Below are positions 39,602 through 54,514 of a stretch of DNA of 64,000 nucleotides, in pieces (the stretch's first letter is position 1; every line of letters starts with the position of its first letter). The stretch is from Eledone cirrhosa (taxonomy: Eukaryota): contig OZ024753.1 in assembly GCA_964016885.1 (NCBI GenBank), positions 17,980,001 through 18,044,000 of the forward strand, read 5' to 3'. Under the pieces are notes generated by a model. The model had not been told where the DNA came from. It did not search any database and was given only the letters and a program-made list of their open reading frames with translations. The position numbers were made by a program, and so were the translations under genes.

Positions 39602-40330
39602 TTATATCTGTTAGACACGCAGTGACTAACAACAGATTGTTTAAGTCTGCCTGTCTGATATATATGCGTAGCTTGTGAGTAAAAAATTCAAGGGGTGTCG
39701 CTGGCCCTGGTGATCTCTGCCAAACATGTTGTGTAATGTATCGTCTTATTAGTTAATTACATCGTCTTATTGGCTAATCAACCAACGAGAGTAATTGTTG
39801 CTCAAAAGCATCCGCCATTGTTATTTGCACGTTTATTTATCGTTTCGCTCTCGAATCTTCCTCCTGTATTTCGTCGTTTTTCATCAAAATAATTTTCTCG
39901 TTTTGGTAAGTTATATTGTTAATTTATATATGATTTTTAAAATTTATATTAACTATTTTTTTTAGTTCGTTATAACCTGCTTATAGTATTGGTTGTATCA
40001 TATTTACTTGTATATTTGTCCATATTATTGTTCGTTTTATGTTGGATTATTTTATTATTATTATATTAAACTATTTGTATGTAATATTTAATTTTTATTA
40101 ATTCACCTATAACAATTATTATGTAAAATATATTTATTTAATATTGATAGTTTTTGTAGTTGTTTATATTAAAAGTCTGAAAATACTTTTATACATCTTA
40201 CAATAATATTTATAAGATCATTTATAAAATAACAATTATATAATCTAATTACATTAGAACGATAATTTATTATTAATATATATCATGTTTAACTAGAGTT
40301 ATTACAAGCATTGCCTTTAAAAAATATTAA

Positions 40331-40777
40331 ACTAGACCTGAAAAATGCGCAAGCTAAAAAGAGACACAGAATGTTATAATAAACCTTCAAAAGTGTGGGG
40401 CTAGAGTTGTTGCTCAAAAATATTGTAATCATTATCTATCGTACATTCTGTGGCATCCTTATTATAAAAAAGAGAATCATAACGAACTCAAGACGACACG
40501 ATAATTATTTAAATGAATTTATAAAATAGAATTCGGTTTAAGTGCATTTCGTATTAATCATTATTAAACATCTACTATGAGATATTGAACATTAGCTTAA
40601 ATAATTATCGCGTCGTCTTGAGTTCGTTTTGAGTCTCTTTTTTATGAAAAGACGCCACAGAGTGTTCGATAGATAATGGTTACAATATTTTTGAGCAACA
40701 ACTCTAGTCCCACACTTTTGAAGGTTTATTATAACATTCTATGTCTCTTTTGAGCTTGCGTATTTTTCAGGTCTAGT
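40331..40777. repeat. ~180-bp inverted repeat with ~85-bp spacer
   Basis: 40331-40512 vs 40597-40777, diverged arms. Confidence 0.9.
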
Positions 40778-40963
40778 ACATATATTCATATATATATGTA
40801 CTTATATTTTTATATGTATATATATACGCTATTTATATATATATGTACTTATATGAATATATATATATATATATATAAATATATAAATGTATATATATAT
40901 ATAGGTACACATACACACACACACATACACCCACACCCACACACATATATATATATGTACATA

Positions 40964-41045
<82 letters not shown>

Positions 41046-41330
41046 TATATATACTCATATATACAATTACATATTTACATAAGATTTCTGTTTAATCTAT
41101 CTGTAGGTCCCATCGAAAGTTTTGGGTTCATATAGCTTTGGTTTGTGATCCAGTAAGAAAGGAACCCGAAGATGCATTATTTCAAATATTGTCAGATGAA
41201 ATTAACACAGATATTGTAAGTATTAATCCTCCAGACAACTTGGATGGCATTTCATCTTTGCTGACTCTCATTTGATTAATTCATTCCTTACATTTGTTTC
41301 GTATTACAAGTTCACAATCAATATTAATCA

Positions 41331-41740
41331 GGCGGTGGATTGGCAGTATCGGTAGAGGGTCGGACGCCATGCTTTCCAGCATAGTTACGTCCGTTTTCGA
41401 TCTGAGTTCAAATCCCGCCGAGGTTGACTTTGCCTTTCATCCTTACGGGGTCGATAAAATAAAGTACCAGTAATGAGCTGGGTAATTGCTGGCCTTGTGC
41501 CTAAAGTTGAAACAAATATTAATCAGGCGGTGGATTGGGAATATAGGTAGAGGGTCTGAAGCCATGCTTTGCAGCATAATGTTACAGCCCTTTATGATCT
41601 GAGTTCAAATCCCGCCGAGGTTAAATTTGCCTTTCATGTTTACGGGGTCGATTAAATAAAGTACCAGTCACGCACTGGGGTCGATTTAATCGACTTTCCC
41701 ATTCCCCAAAATAGCTGGCCTATATAAGAAACTAATATTA
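41331..41740 (+). mobile_element. Two tandem SINE copies (short then long variant)
   Basis: Family sequence; AATATTAATCA at 41320, 41515 and 41734. Confidence 0.92.
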
Positions 41741-41764
41741 ATCATGCAATAACATAAATAAATA

Positions 41765-41970
41765 CCGTATATACTCGAATATAAGCCGAGGAATATGTGA
41801 CCAAAAACTCGATGGCCGCAGGAGGAGACTTATATTGGAGGTTAATATTTTAACGATTTTCACCAACTTCAAACTCTACACAAATAAACTTTGGATTTCT
41901 GTCCATTTCTCATTTATGAAATAGTGGGGTCGTCTTATTTTGGTATCATATTATATTCGAGTATATACGG
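41765..41970. mobile_element. Tc1/mariner-superfamily MITE
   Basis: 20-bp TIR CCGTATATACTCGAATATAA at both ends; TA target duplication. Confidence 0.9.
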
Positions 41971-42859
41971 TATATATTTGCTTCTTCATCACTTAGAAAT
42001 ATACATAGAATCCTTAGTTAATATTGTGTGTTTAACATTGTCTTCAGAATTGTAGAATGTTATAGAGATGTTTAGATAAACCAACATACAGACAAGTAGA
42101 TGTAGACATATATCGATAGCTATAGATAGACATATATACAGATAGTAGGGCTGATAGATGGATGTATAGATTAGCAGATAATCAGACAGATCGACAGTTA
42201 AACAAATATAAAAATAAATAAAAGAGACTGATGTGAAACAGAGACGGGTAGATATAAATATTGAGAGATAGACAGGAATGTAGGATATAGAGAGGGACAG
42301 ATAGAGATCGTGAGATATAGAGATTGAGAGAGATAGACTACTAGAGAAATATAGTAAGGTAGGAGATATAGAGGGACAAATAGAGATAATGAGAGATATG
42401 GACTACTAGAGATAGATAGTAAGGTACAGATAGAGAGATGGACAGATATAGAGATTGAGAGAAAGATAGTAATGTATGATATAGAGAGGGACAGATATAG
42501 ACTGTGGGAGAAAGATTGGAATGCAGGAGATATCCTAGTTTAAGATGAGTCCAACGTGATGTTGAATGCACCAGCAACTAACTAATGGTGGAACACTATT
42601 TCCCTATAGATTAACGTGGAAGTAAAATAAAATTGCATGCACACTTTGGATATTCAGTTATGTTTAGTGAACATAGGAAAATTAATGTAGTCTGGGATTA
42701 TTATATAATGCAATGTCGTAAAGACATTTGTATAACATTTATGGAATTTCGAATTATGAATGTTATTCTCTGATAAATGCCGATGATAAAATTAATCTCC
42801 ATAAATTATAAGCATAATTCATCGATTTATTAGGAAGCTACAATACTGTAAGTTTATTG

Positions 42860-43190
42860 TAACATTAGCACATGTCCAACATACGAACAGACATGGATGC
42901 GTTTATTATAGTCATACGACATAACGAGCAAACAGAGAGGAATCCTGTCCGAGCCGAGTGTTCTCAGTTTGGTGAAACCATCACATATCCCTGCCAGATG
43001 GTTCACAATATATCAGGAGACATAAAATCATGTTTAATTACCTACTGTGTAGGAGATGTGCGGATATGAATACCATATCCCATATACTATTTGATAGGGA
43101 ATCTTTGGGAAATCGAAATGATGGCTGGATTCATTTGAATAATAACATCCTGTCTTTGCCTACATATAAATTGGATCTATGTTGAAATCA
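42860..43190 (+). pseudogene. Decayed Ig-domain-like coding sequence
   Basis: Across frameshifts: HMSNIRTDMD..VYY, RNP..PSRVFSVW, MVHNISGD..TYCVG; GTAAGT donor at ~43191. Confidence 0.35.
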
Positions 43191-44200
43191 GTAAGTAGAA
43201 TATGCATCAATCGTGAGAGGCAACATCCTCAGTTGACCTTCACATACATTCCTCTCCTTATAACCTTTTCTTCATTATTTGGTTGTGGTTTTCGAGAGAG
43301 AGAACCCTTAAAGAGCGGAGCTGTTACCTTCAATATGTAATGATAATTACCGTTATTTGAAGATGACATTCAAAATATTTTCATATCTGAGTGTCTAACG
43401 CACACACATACTCAGACCCATACACACATATATATATATATGTATAACAAACAATAATATAACAGAGAAGATATTCTTACACAATCTATGCGAGTATTCT
43501 ACAACTCTTTACACAGAGTTAACACGAACGATTCACATTTCACGAGCAATCTACACAAGTGCTTCTAGATGATGTACGACAAACAACACAACACTTATTC
43601 TATACAAATACTCTATCTCCGGTACAAAACACATACACAACTCAATCAATCTATAGTTGTTTATTTTTAATGTGCATACACAGTAAACGTATTTCAAAAG
43701 CATTTACTTGAAACTATATTGTAAAATTTAATCAACCTTCACAGGTTTACAGAAGTTGAAGTATTAAGCAATTTCCCTTTATTACATATGTCATCCGACG
43801 TTCTAATTAGTGTAAAAAAAAGCCAACATTATTGCAGAGTCTTCAACTTCAGTGAATTCATTCGTTTCTTGTATTATTCCTTGCTTTAGATATATAAATG
43901 CCTTTGATTTTTGAAAAACTAATATGAAGTAAAGGTTACGCTAACATGAAACCTATTTAATGTCTGTTTCAATTGGCATTAATGAGATTCTTACATATGC
44001 CGCTAGATTTTCACATTATTGCTTTTGAAATAACCTAGTAAAGTCAAAATTTCTATCATCATAGATTAACTTAAAGGTCGTCAGTTTAAATGGCTTCCAT
44101 TAATATATTTCTCTCCTTGAAACTATAAGACATCGACACATCATTTATTCTGAAGGAAATGTTATTGAAGAACTAACTGCATTACAGATGAAACCTGATC

Positions 44201-44295
<95 letters not shown>

Positions 44296-44519
44296 TATAT
44301 TAGTGTGTGTGTGTGTATATATAAATATATTGAAATAGAAATAGAAGCTTCATCGTAATGCATATTTGTCTATAATGCAGTATAATAATGGGGCGTAAAA
44401 GATGGATACAGTCTCGAAATATTACGGTGAAATATCTATTTCTATTTCAAATTTCAATTTCAATTGTTGCGTTTTAAACTCCCTGTACATGTATACATAC
44501 ACACACACTCACATATATA

Positions 44520-45268
44520 TGAGCTCTAGGTACCCCTCTAAACATATCACTGCCCTTGACTTTGCGGATGACATTGCACTTCATGCAGATTGCCTAGAAA
44601 ATGCGCAACAAATTTTGACAACTCAAGGAAGCAGCCGACTTGATTGGCCTTCATCCCATGAGGGTAAAACAGGGTGTATATCAAACAGTACGGGCAACAG
44701 TATCAAAGTAATCAACAGCAGTGATATCAAGCAAGTCGAGGATTTCAAGTATCTTGAGTCCTGGATCATGGACTCTGAAAAGGATTTCACCAACAGAAAG
44801 GCGCAAGCGTGGTCAGCTTGCAACAAGATGGATAGAGTTGGGCGCTCAAATCTTTCCAAACACACCAGGATCAGACTCTTCCAAGTAACAATTCAACCAA
44901 TCCTTCTATATGGAGGTAAAACATGGACGCTTTCATCCAAACAACAGAAGCACCCTGATGTCACCTACACTCACCTGCTTCAAAGCATTCAGAACATAAG
45001 CTGGCGACATCTATCTTTGAGGGATATATATGCCGGCCTCCCACGCATATCTGTCCTTAAACGTAAAAGGAGAGTAAGATTTGCTGTGTCCCCATTAGTT
45101 CTTTTGAAACCACAATCAGTCACTAATAACAGGGGAGCAAGCTTTCCTATCTCGATGTCATCTCCAGAGATTCTGAATCGAAATCCAGGATTTGGAACGG
45201 AAACGAACGACAGACCCACGTGGAGATCAATTGTTGAGTCCATTTCGGCTGAAGCCACCGGATGATGA
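44520..45268 (+). mobile_element. RTE LINE 3' fragment (RT catalytic region to tail)
   Basis: LDFADDIAL, QVEDFKYL, IRLFQVTIQPILLYGGKTWTL, DRPTWR; GATGATGA tail. Confidence 0.9.
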
Positions 45269-45337
<69 letters not shown>

Positions 45338-45916
45338 TAGATACACACACACACATACACACACATACACACATACATACATATATACATACATATAGAT
45401 GCACACACATACACACACACACATATATATATATACATACACACACACACCCACACCCACATACCCACACCACACACACACGTACACAATTCATACACAC
45501 ACATACACACACATATATATAAATATATATATACAATCGATGACCATATTATACACATACGCACATTCTCGTATATATGTATATATGAAAAGGGAAATGT
45601 GTGGTTGCAATTAAGTATAATGCAAAATAAACGTTACGGGCGAAAGAGAGGAATATCCATCGTCAGTTGTCTGCTAGAGATCATAGGTATTTCTTCGCGT
45701 TAGAGACAAGATGCTTCAGCCTAGGGAGAACAATAATTAAAATAAGGTGTTGGGACAAAAAAAGCGCAGGGGGGGGGGCATGTCAACAGACACGTAGCAA
45801 CTAAAAGAGAGGAAAATAGGAAAAATATCAAACCAACAACTCATCTCGAACGTAAGAACTGGCGAATTAGACGAGAGACAAACAGACAGGTCTTTACTGT
45901 AGCAGTGATTTTTAAA

Positions 45917-45964
<48 letters not shown>

Positions 45965-45967
<3 letters not shown>

Positions 45968-46310
45968 TACGATATTAACAAATGGAAACTATATTTATAA
46001 AACCATATCTATTTTATTATACATATTTCAAGGATACCATGTTAAATTATGGTATGCTTTCATCAGACAAAATACAATATATACCAGTTTTATAGATAAA
46101 TATTGACATACCCTTTCAAAATGCAACCATTACTTTTGGAAGAAACGGTCGCATTTTGAAAGGGTATGTCAATATTTATTTATAAAACTGGTATATATTG
46201 TATTTTGTCTGATGAAAGCATACCATAATTTAACATGGTATCCTTGAAATATGTATAATAAAATAGATATGGTTTTATAAATATAGTTTCCATTTGTTAA
46301 TATCGTATAT
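45965..46310. repeat. Fold-back palindrome of an HHR-bearing pLTR (same family as 27711-28020)
   Basis: Near-perfect arms about centre ~46137; HHR 46010-46074 (-) and 46201-46265 (+). Confidence 0.92.
46201..46265 (+). ncRNA. Minimal HHR
   Basis: UAUUUUGU-CUGAUGA-AAG C AUACCAU..AUGGUAU C CUU-GAAA-UAUGUA-UA-AUAAAAUA. Confidence 0.8.
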
Positions 46311-46410
46311 TTACTCCAAATACTTGTCGAGTGCTTTATATCAGTTATAAAAATATTTGCTTGTTGTATCCCAACAATTTAAATAGAACTTTTGCATATA
46401 TATATATATG

Positions 46411-46446
<36 letters not shown>

Positions 46447-46486
46447 CATAAATATTAATAATATAGATGTCCATTTGATCAATTAC

Positions 46487-46540
46487 ATTTCATTATACAT
46501 ATTTCGGATGTACAACAGTACGTCCTCATCAGACAAAATA
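46487..46540 (-). ncRNA. Minimal HHR with canonical core
   Basis: UAUUUUGU-CUGAUGA-GGA C GUAC UGUU GUAC A UCC-GAAA-UAUGUA-UA-AUGAAAU. Confidence 0.82.
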
Positions 46541-46836
46541 TAATGATACATGACATACCCTGGGATGTTAAATGGTTAAGATCAAATGGAAAATTATTTC
46601 CTCGTAGAGTGCTTCCAATCTACTGTAAAACTCATTCTTTGACATAATCATTGAATATCGTTTAACACTTTAATATATATATATATATAGTTTTTCTTCT
46701 TGACTTGTTTTGAATTAAGAATGTATTACTTATCCCATATCTTTCGTTAAACATTTTTCGTATTCATCTTATAGTCACTTATATGTCTGAATTATTGTTG
46801 GCTACTTGCTGACATTAATTTCTCTATTTTCATATA

Positions 46837-46868
<32 letters not shown>

Positions 46869-47891
46869 CGTAGTTCCACAACAGTTACTTCACCATTCCG
46901 AGAACAATTGTTTCACCTAATTCAGATCCTGAGCTCGGTCTAAATGAAGTTGTACGGAAAAGGAAAAACAACCGTACAAATACGCCTGTGCAGAAAATAG
47001 TCACTTCTCCTGGGGGAGGTAATCCCACAATAGATCGATGTGAGGGAGATTATTGGACTATGGAGTATGAAGTCCGGAATACATCATTCATGTTATTCAG
47101 AATATTATAGATTGTTCATGTTAGTCAATCTGGGGATTTGTAATTATGTAATAGGTGTTTCCAGACGTGTGGACAACCTGAACAAATTTCATTCCTTGAA
47201 TTTAGGCAATCGATATTGTGTAATCGTGGGCTGTGCATTGAAGAAAGGATCAATATCCTAAGAACATTAAGTAATAACGATTACCTAAATTCAAGGAATA
47301 TACATAGATGTTTGTTTTTGTTAATGTTTGCGCTGGGTGGGGTCTGTGTGTGCAGATGTCTGTGTGTGCAGATGTCTGTGTGTAGAGAGGGTGCATGTGT
47401 AAGTGAGTATGCGTGGGAGTGTTTGTGTGCGTACTAATAAATATAGATACAATTCAATACCAGGTAAAACTATCAGAGGAAATGTAATTTTTACCGAATA
47501 ATAATAGATGTGTATTTAACAGCAAACTCCACTCGCAGTAAATAACTTATTTACTTTTCAATAAGCTCAGTGTTTCGTTTTTCCTATTGCATTGCTGCTA
47601 GAAACATTGGATGTATCTAGAAACATATTTATGTGTCCAGTCATTCCGACTACTGAAACAACGACTGATCAGATTTTAACTTGGAAAACATCATTAAAAT
47701 ATAAATGTGTAATCAAAATAGTTTTGACAATTGTATACATCTCTTCGGCGAAATCTTCCTGGATACATAATCATGCAGAAATCACTCTAGGTAATACATA
47801 CATACACACTCCAACACACATACACACTAGAATACACATACACACGCGAACAGACACACATACACACTCATCCATATGTGCATATATATAT

Positions 47892-48023
<132 letters not shown>

Positions 48024-48232
48024 GTGTGTGTGTATACGCATATATGTATATATATATATATAGAGAGAGATATATAAATATACAAGGGTGTGTATGATTG
48101 TGTGTAGAAGATTATATTAATAAAAGGAATTGCAACTTTGTCTGATTTACTCGGTTTATTTACAATCCTTTTAAATTTATAATTCTATTAGAATGAAATA
48201 GTATGGTAGAATATTAAATGTTAAGTGTTAAT

Positions 48233-48271
48233 TGAACAAGTACTTTCATGCTTTTGCAATCTTCAGGTTCA
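48233..48271 (-). ncRNA. Minimal HHR (39 nt)
   Basis: UGAAC-CUGAAGA-U UGC AAAA GCA U-GAAA-GUAC-UU-GUUCA. Confidence 0.8.
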
Positions 48272-48394
48272 TAATGTGTGGTGACAGTCAAGTTTGCAAT
48301 TTTCAACTATATATATATACACATATATTCTCTACCAGATATTTTGTTTTAGTTTCATTCATTCTCAAAATATCTAGTAGAGAATCTTGAGAAG

Positions 48395-48971
48395 CCAGAG
48401 GGGATCACTAATGTAGGTGGGAAGACGCTAGAATTGGTTGAGGATTTCCTGTATTTGGGAGTAGAGATTGGGAATACGGAAGATGATGTGGTTGAGAGTA
48501 AGAACAAAGCCTGGGCGGCGTGCCACAGCTTGAGATCGGTGTGGAAGTCAGACCTTCGTAAAGAACTGAAAATCCGCCTCTTCATTGCTGTAGTGGTGTC
48601 TGTGCTGCTGTACGGGTCTGAGACTTGGACACTGACCAATAAACACTCAGATGGTGGATGGGTGCTACACGAGAATGCTGAGGATGTCTTTGAAATCTAA
48701 TCAGTATGCACTGAGGATGAACAACTCAGAGCTGTATGGGAGCCTCCGAAAATCAGCTCAAAAGTGACACAGAGGAGACTGAGGTTAGCTGGACATGCTC
48801 ACCGACATCCAGAGTTGACATTGCAGTCAGTGCTCCTGTGGGAGCCCCTGCATGGACACACTGGAAGAGGAAGACCAAAGTTAATATGTTGATGCCCTAA
48901 GGACAGACACTGGTCTGTTGGAGACGCAGGACATGGCAGCGATAATAAGAGACAGAGACCGCTGGAGAGAA

Positions 48972-48975
<4 letters not shown>
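48395..48975 (+). mobile_element. RTE LINE 3' fragment
   Basis: [50 protein letters not shown]. Confidence 0.88.
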
Positions 48976-49060
<85 letters not shown>

Positions 49061-49073
49061 TATATATGTATAC

Positions 49074-49114
<41 letters not shown>

Positions 49115-49116
<2 letters not shown>

Positions 49117-49366
49117 GAGTAAGTATGTTTTGAAACAGTGAGCAGGTTTGAAATTAGAAACTAGAATAGCTTTCACCGTATTTTTGACTAAATAAATTTT
49201 AGCGTTTAGAACACTCAGATAAATGGAAAAAAATGAGTATTGATGTACATCAATACTCATCTTTTTCCATTTATCAGGCTAAAATTTCTTTAGTAAAAAA
49301 TACGGTGAAAGCTATTCTAGTTTCTAATTTCAAACCTGTTCACTGTTTCAAAACATACTTACTCGT
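49115..49366. repeat. Fold-back palindrome; arm homologous to 16945-17060
   Basis: Centre TATTGATGTACATCAATA at ~49247. Confidence 0.88.
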
Positions 49367-49689
49367 ATACATATATATATATATACAGATACATACGCAT
49401 ATGTGCTTATGTGTATGTATGTATGTATCTATGTATGTCTATATGTATATATGCATATGTGTGTGTGTGGAGGGATGTGTGTGCATGTGTGTGTGTGTAG
49501 CAAATTAATATATAATCAAATTATCAATGTCCTGTGAGTAATGATAATATAAAGTTAAATGGGCTTCCGTCAGTTTCCTCATGATTATCCCAGTATTTGA
49601 TCAAACCTCATATTCCTTAAACGATAATTTAGGTTGCTTAGATCTAATCATACAGTTCTACTCTTTGTGTGTTTGTCTTTTTGATCATT

Positions 49690-49925
49690 ATCATCAGGGT
49701 TACTGATCTGTCTCATCGTCATTGGGACAGTGCACCAACTGCCACTAATTCTAGGTTTGTTACAAATATCTTCCCTTCTACTCAGCTATCTTGTTTGTTT
49801 TCCGCTCCCCCTGTTTCCTCCACCTTCTCTTTACCAGCACTGTTCAGTGGAGAATTGTCTAAGAGAGTCCGTTCTATCTTATTACATGTTCACACCACCT
49901 CAACTTTCACCTCTTCACCAGGGTC
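49690..49925 (-). mobile_element. Old RTE 3' fragment
   Basis: KLRWCEHVIR..TIL motif and ATG-repeat tail. Confidence 0.55.
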
Positions 49926-50170
49926 AGCAGATCTTCTTAGCCATTATAAACGAGGCTGGACAGAGTGCCTTATAATGAAGGTTTCGCTTCAAACTGTTTC
50001 TGTGTTACAAGATTCCCTCAACGGACTGATGCTTACAAGACGCAATGACAATAAAACGAAATTACATTATACATTTTATATTTATACATTAACAACTATA
50101 ATGATTAAATATCATTGGCTATAAAAATATTTATTTACATGATACTTTTGTATGATGATTCAATATATAG

Positions 50171-50277
<107 letters not shown>

Positions 50278-50375
50278 TGCATGTGTGTGTGTATGTGTGG
50301 TGTGTGTGTATGTATGTGTGTTTATGTGTGTGCATGTATATACATATATATATATATACATCTTTAAATTTATAC

Positions 50376-50414
<39 letters not shown>

Positions 50415-52075
50415 TGTTTCTGTGTGAATGTGTGTGTCTTTATTCTATGCTATTACGTTTTAAGGGTCACTACTTAGATTAAGTCCATTGGTGATAGTAA
50501 CATTAAACAGATTTGTAAGCAATTGATGTTGCATAACCTCAAGTGACTCATCTGGTAAATTGCTAGCTATATGTGAGTACTATGTTAACCGAATCGTACA
50601 TATTTAGATACAGGCTCTCTCATAAACATCACACTACAAAGAAATGAGAACAACATAGTACTAAACTTCATTCCTGATATATTCGGTCAAAGATCTGCTT
50701 GAACAAGATGTGACTGTGAAGCATATGTTATTAATTTAAATTAAAAGGACGATAGCTTAACAGTTTCGGTAGGGCCTCGGTCAATATGCTTTGGGACATT
50801 TAGCTACATCCTTTTAGGTTCTGAGTTCAAATAATGTCGAGGTTAGCTTTGGTTTCATCCTTAAGGAGTCCATAAAATAAAGTACCAGTAACGGTCTGGG
50901 GTTTGTTTAATCGACATTCCCTTCCCACCAAAATTGTTTTCCTTCTGCCTGAATGAGAAACATTTAATTCATATTAAAACACTCACCCAATTCGCTTATA
51001 CTTTCATATTAGATCTGGGCAACGTTATTTGAACTTATAACAAATCACTTAAACCAAGAACTTTATTTGTGACCATGTCAATACGTTAAACGGTTGCTCA
51101 TCTCAAACAGCAACAAAAAGACTAAGATTCGCTACAATATTGGTGATTGATATTCACAGTTCAACCAACAAGACATGATTATAATCTATATCATAAAAGA
51201 AAAGCTGTTTCTCCGTCTGTCTGTCCAGCATATGTATATGTAGAAAGAGTAAAAGGGTTATAGGTAATAAGGTAAGATCTGTGGATGGGGTGGGAGTATC
51301 CAGTGTGAAGTGGAAACCTACTAGGAATAATTCGTAACAATGACTTCGTGTTTTATCGGCCATGTTTGTATAAACATCAAAATTGTCCTTGTTAAGATTT
51401 ATACACATAATGTAAAAAAATCATAATTAAATCCCCCAAGGTGCATTGTTCGATTATTTAACTATTATGTTTAATTGCAATGATAAGGATAAACTATAAA
51501 TACATTGGCCAATATTTTACAGAAAGCCATACATCATTTGTTTATCTTCAATATGTTTCTTGCCATGTTTATATTAGCTTTGACCTTTCGTGTTATCACT
51601 GAACAATTTTGTTTCCTCGGAACATTTTTACGCCTGTTTTCTATAATGTATCAGTTGCTCATTTAAGAAAAGAAATATTTATTGCATTTTTCAAACAAAG
51701 AATAAAGTGGATAATTATAAAAGATACGAGCTAGAAGTCATTAGGTAGGTTGAAGAATTGAAGCAAAAGACAGTAACACTAGTAAAGATTTCTATATCGC
51801 CATCACATCTAGAAAGAACAAATAATAAACTAATAATATAATCGTTTCTACTTTTGGCACAAGGCCAACAATTATCCCAGTGCATTACTGGTACTTTGTT
51901 TTATCGACCCCGTAAGGATGAAAGGCAAAGCTAACCCAGGTGGGTTATGATGGAAAATAGGTTCACAGAAAAAGAGATATTAATCTAACGTGTACCGATG
52001 ATATTGACAAATAACAATGGGTATTTATGGTACATATATACAGTTGTATATATATGGGACATATACGGTAGTGAA

Positions 52076-52190
52076 GGCGTGGGGCAGAGTGGTTAGAGAA
52101 TTGGATTCGCAATCATGAGGTTGTGAGTTCGATTCCTGGACCAGGTGATGCGTTATGTCCTTGAGCAAGACACTTTATTTCAAGTTGCTC
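52076..52190 (+). mobile_element. tRNA-derived CORE-type SINE
   Basis: GGCGTGGGGCAGAGTGGTTAG..GAGTTCGATTCC then TGTCCTTGAGCAAGACACTTTA. Confidence 0.75.
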
Positions 52191-52522
52191 CTTCTACCTG
52201 AAGTTGCGACCAATAGATAGTATTAGCAATTGGAAAGAACTACGGAAACATTTTTTCCTCGGTCCGATTTAACGAAAGTTGATCGACTATCGATATATGG
52301 TAAGACAGACAAATTTAAAAAACAAAAACCAATGATATACAATAAATCAACTTTGGCCACCAATGTATCTATGAACTCTAACTTCTGATTGAGTCGTAGG
52401 GGTGCCATATTGACATATAACGTTTCTAGAGCATTTCTGTTAAACAACTGGTGGAGCCCATCTCTCCAGATCGGAATACAGGAGAATTTCTCCCAAAGAA
52501 GGATATATATATATATATATGA

Positions 52523-52558
<36 letters not shown>

Positions 52559-53580
52559 GTATAATCCATTCTACTACTGGATTGTTACTTTTTTATCGAC
52601 CTTAAATGGATGAAAGGCAAAGTTGAGCTCGGTGGGATTTGAACTCAGAGCCAGGACAAGTACTGCAAAACATTGTATCCAACGTTGTAACGACTCCGTT
52701 AAATCGCCTACGATATTCTTGTTTTATCTTTTAACTGTTCCAGCCATTCGGCTGAGACCATGCTGGGGCACCGGAATACTGTTATACACAATACTACAGC
52801 TTTAGATTTCAACTCAATGCGATCAGGCAACGCAACATGCAACACAAGATGCCAATACCGTACAAACCTTAATTAAAACAGCAGCAACAAAATATAAATA
52901 CATAAAACATCGTATATTTAAATAAAAATATTTAATACGGATCACAAAGTTGAGAAGTTCACATACTCCCAGGAATGATGCTTCTAAAATTTCGGAGGGA
53001 GTGATTCGTGATTCTTTCAGGTTTTGCAAATATTCTCTAACAACACAGTGTACTGCTTACGTCTTGAAAACAAAACAGCTATGTGGGGATGGATGGAACC
53101 ATATATAGGTGGAAGTGTTCCAAGCATACTATCGACATGGTTATATTTTATCAACATTGATTAGCACCATTATATTTATTATAGAGAATTGGAGATGAAA
53201 CGATAGCATTGAAATCCACTGGGGAATATATACCGAGTATTATAAATATTAAATATAAACTCTGAAATAGAAATAGAACAGATCATGTAAGGCATACCCG
53301 TTAAGACTGGCCAAGGAATAATAGAATCGTCAATGCAAATTGTTTGCACAAATTAAGAGGAATATTAACAGCGCAGAAAACAGCTAATAGAGAACAAACT
53401 TATAAACCTTTACAATAGAAATAAACCAATACAACAAAAGGATATAACATCCAGTTGAGCCACAATATACAATGTAAATAATTCAGAAGACATGACTCTA
53501 TACGAACAGAGCTGTTCCATGGAGATTCAATTATGTTGGAAAGACATACATGAGGATATACGGCACAATAAACATGTACA

Positions 53581-53760
53581 TAACTGTTTCTACTTTTGGC
53601 ACAAGGCCAGCAATTATCCCAGTGTATTACTGGTACTTTATTTTATCGACACCATAAGGATAAAAGGCAAAGTTAACCTCGGCGGGATTTGAACTCAGAC
53701 CATAAAGGGCGGTAATTACTCTGTATCAAAGCATGGTGTCCGACCCTCTATCGATACTGA
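53581..53760 (-). mobile_element. tRNA-derived SINE with 17-bp TSD
   Basis: AATAAACATGTACATAA at 53567 and 53763. Confidence 0.92.
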
Positions 53761-54441
53761 ATAATAAACATGTACATAATATTAGAGAGGAAATGGAAAA
53801 CATATATATAATGCAATATGCTAGGCCTGCCATATAACACGGGGAATTATCGACAAAACTATGAACACAATTTGATGGCACACACATTTATAAAGGCCAC
53901 AATGTTTGTTCACATTACTTCTTCAGTATGTATGATTCTGTAGCAAGAGCTGTTAAATTATTTCAGTAGACGATCTGGATTAACACCAAATCTTTTATAA
54001 CTAAATAATAAATTATTCACTACAACTTATAAAGTGAAGACGTAAATCATCTCAAATTAGTTGGACATCTTGAATATAATATATCATAATATGTTATTAT
54101 AGGATTTAGAAATTGTATTAGAAATATCTTACTGGCTTCATAGAAATGTTATTTATTTCCTGCAAATGTGAAAACCATTAATTCTGTTGTATATTGAAAT
54201 AGAGTAATAATATGAAGAAGCATAATCATTTAATTTATATATTCGTATGAATACCATACCTTCATTTGATTATATTAACAATGTGGATAATATCTGACAC
54301 TCTATTGGTTACGATGGCGAGTGAAAGTGCGTAAATGTATTTTGTATATCACCATCTTTTCATCTTAAACAACAAATAAAATATTCTTTTCGTTAGCTTT
54401 GTTTGAAATTATCTTAATTTAGCATTGCTTCCAATGTTTAG

Positions 54442-54514
54442 TATGCCGAGCTGAGACATCGCTGTGCATGTATTAATGGTTGTGGTGAAGCAGCAGTTAA
54501 CTTCACTCAACAAG
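54442..54514 (+). CDS. Candidate exon: end of an Ig-like domain
   Basis: TTTAG acceptor, YAELRHRCACINGCGEAAVNFTQQ, strong donor AAG/GTATGT, phase 1 end. Confidence 0.5.

Noticed and set aside
43441-43631. Solo LTR (TG..CA)
   Set aside because: No matching TSD, PBS or PPT; weak evidence
52076-52150. tRNA gene
   Set aside because: No proper acceptor stem; continues into SINE body
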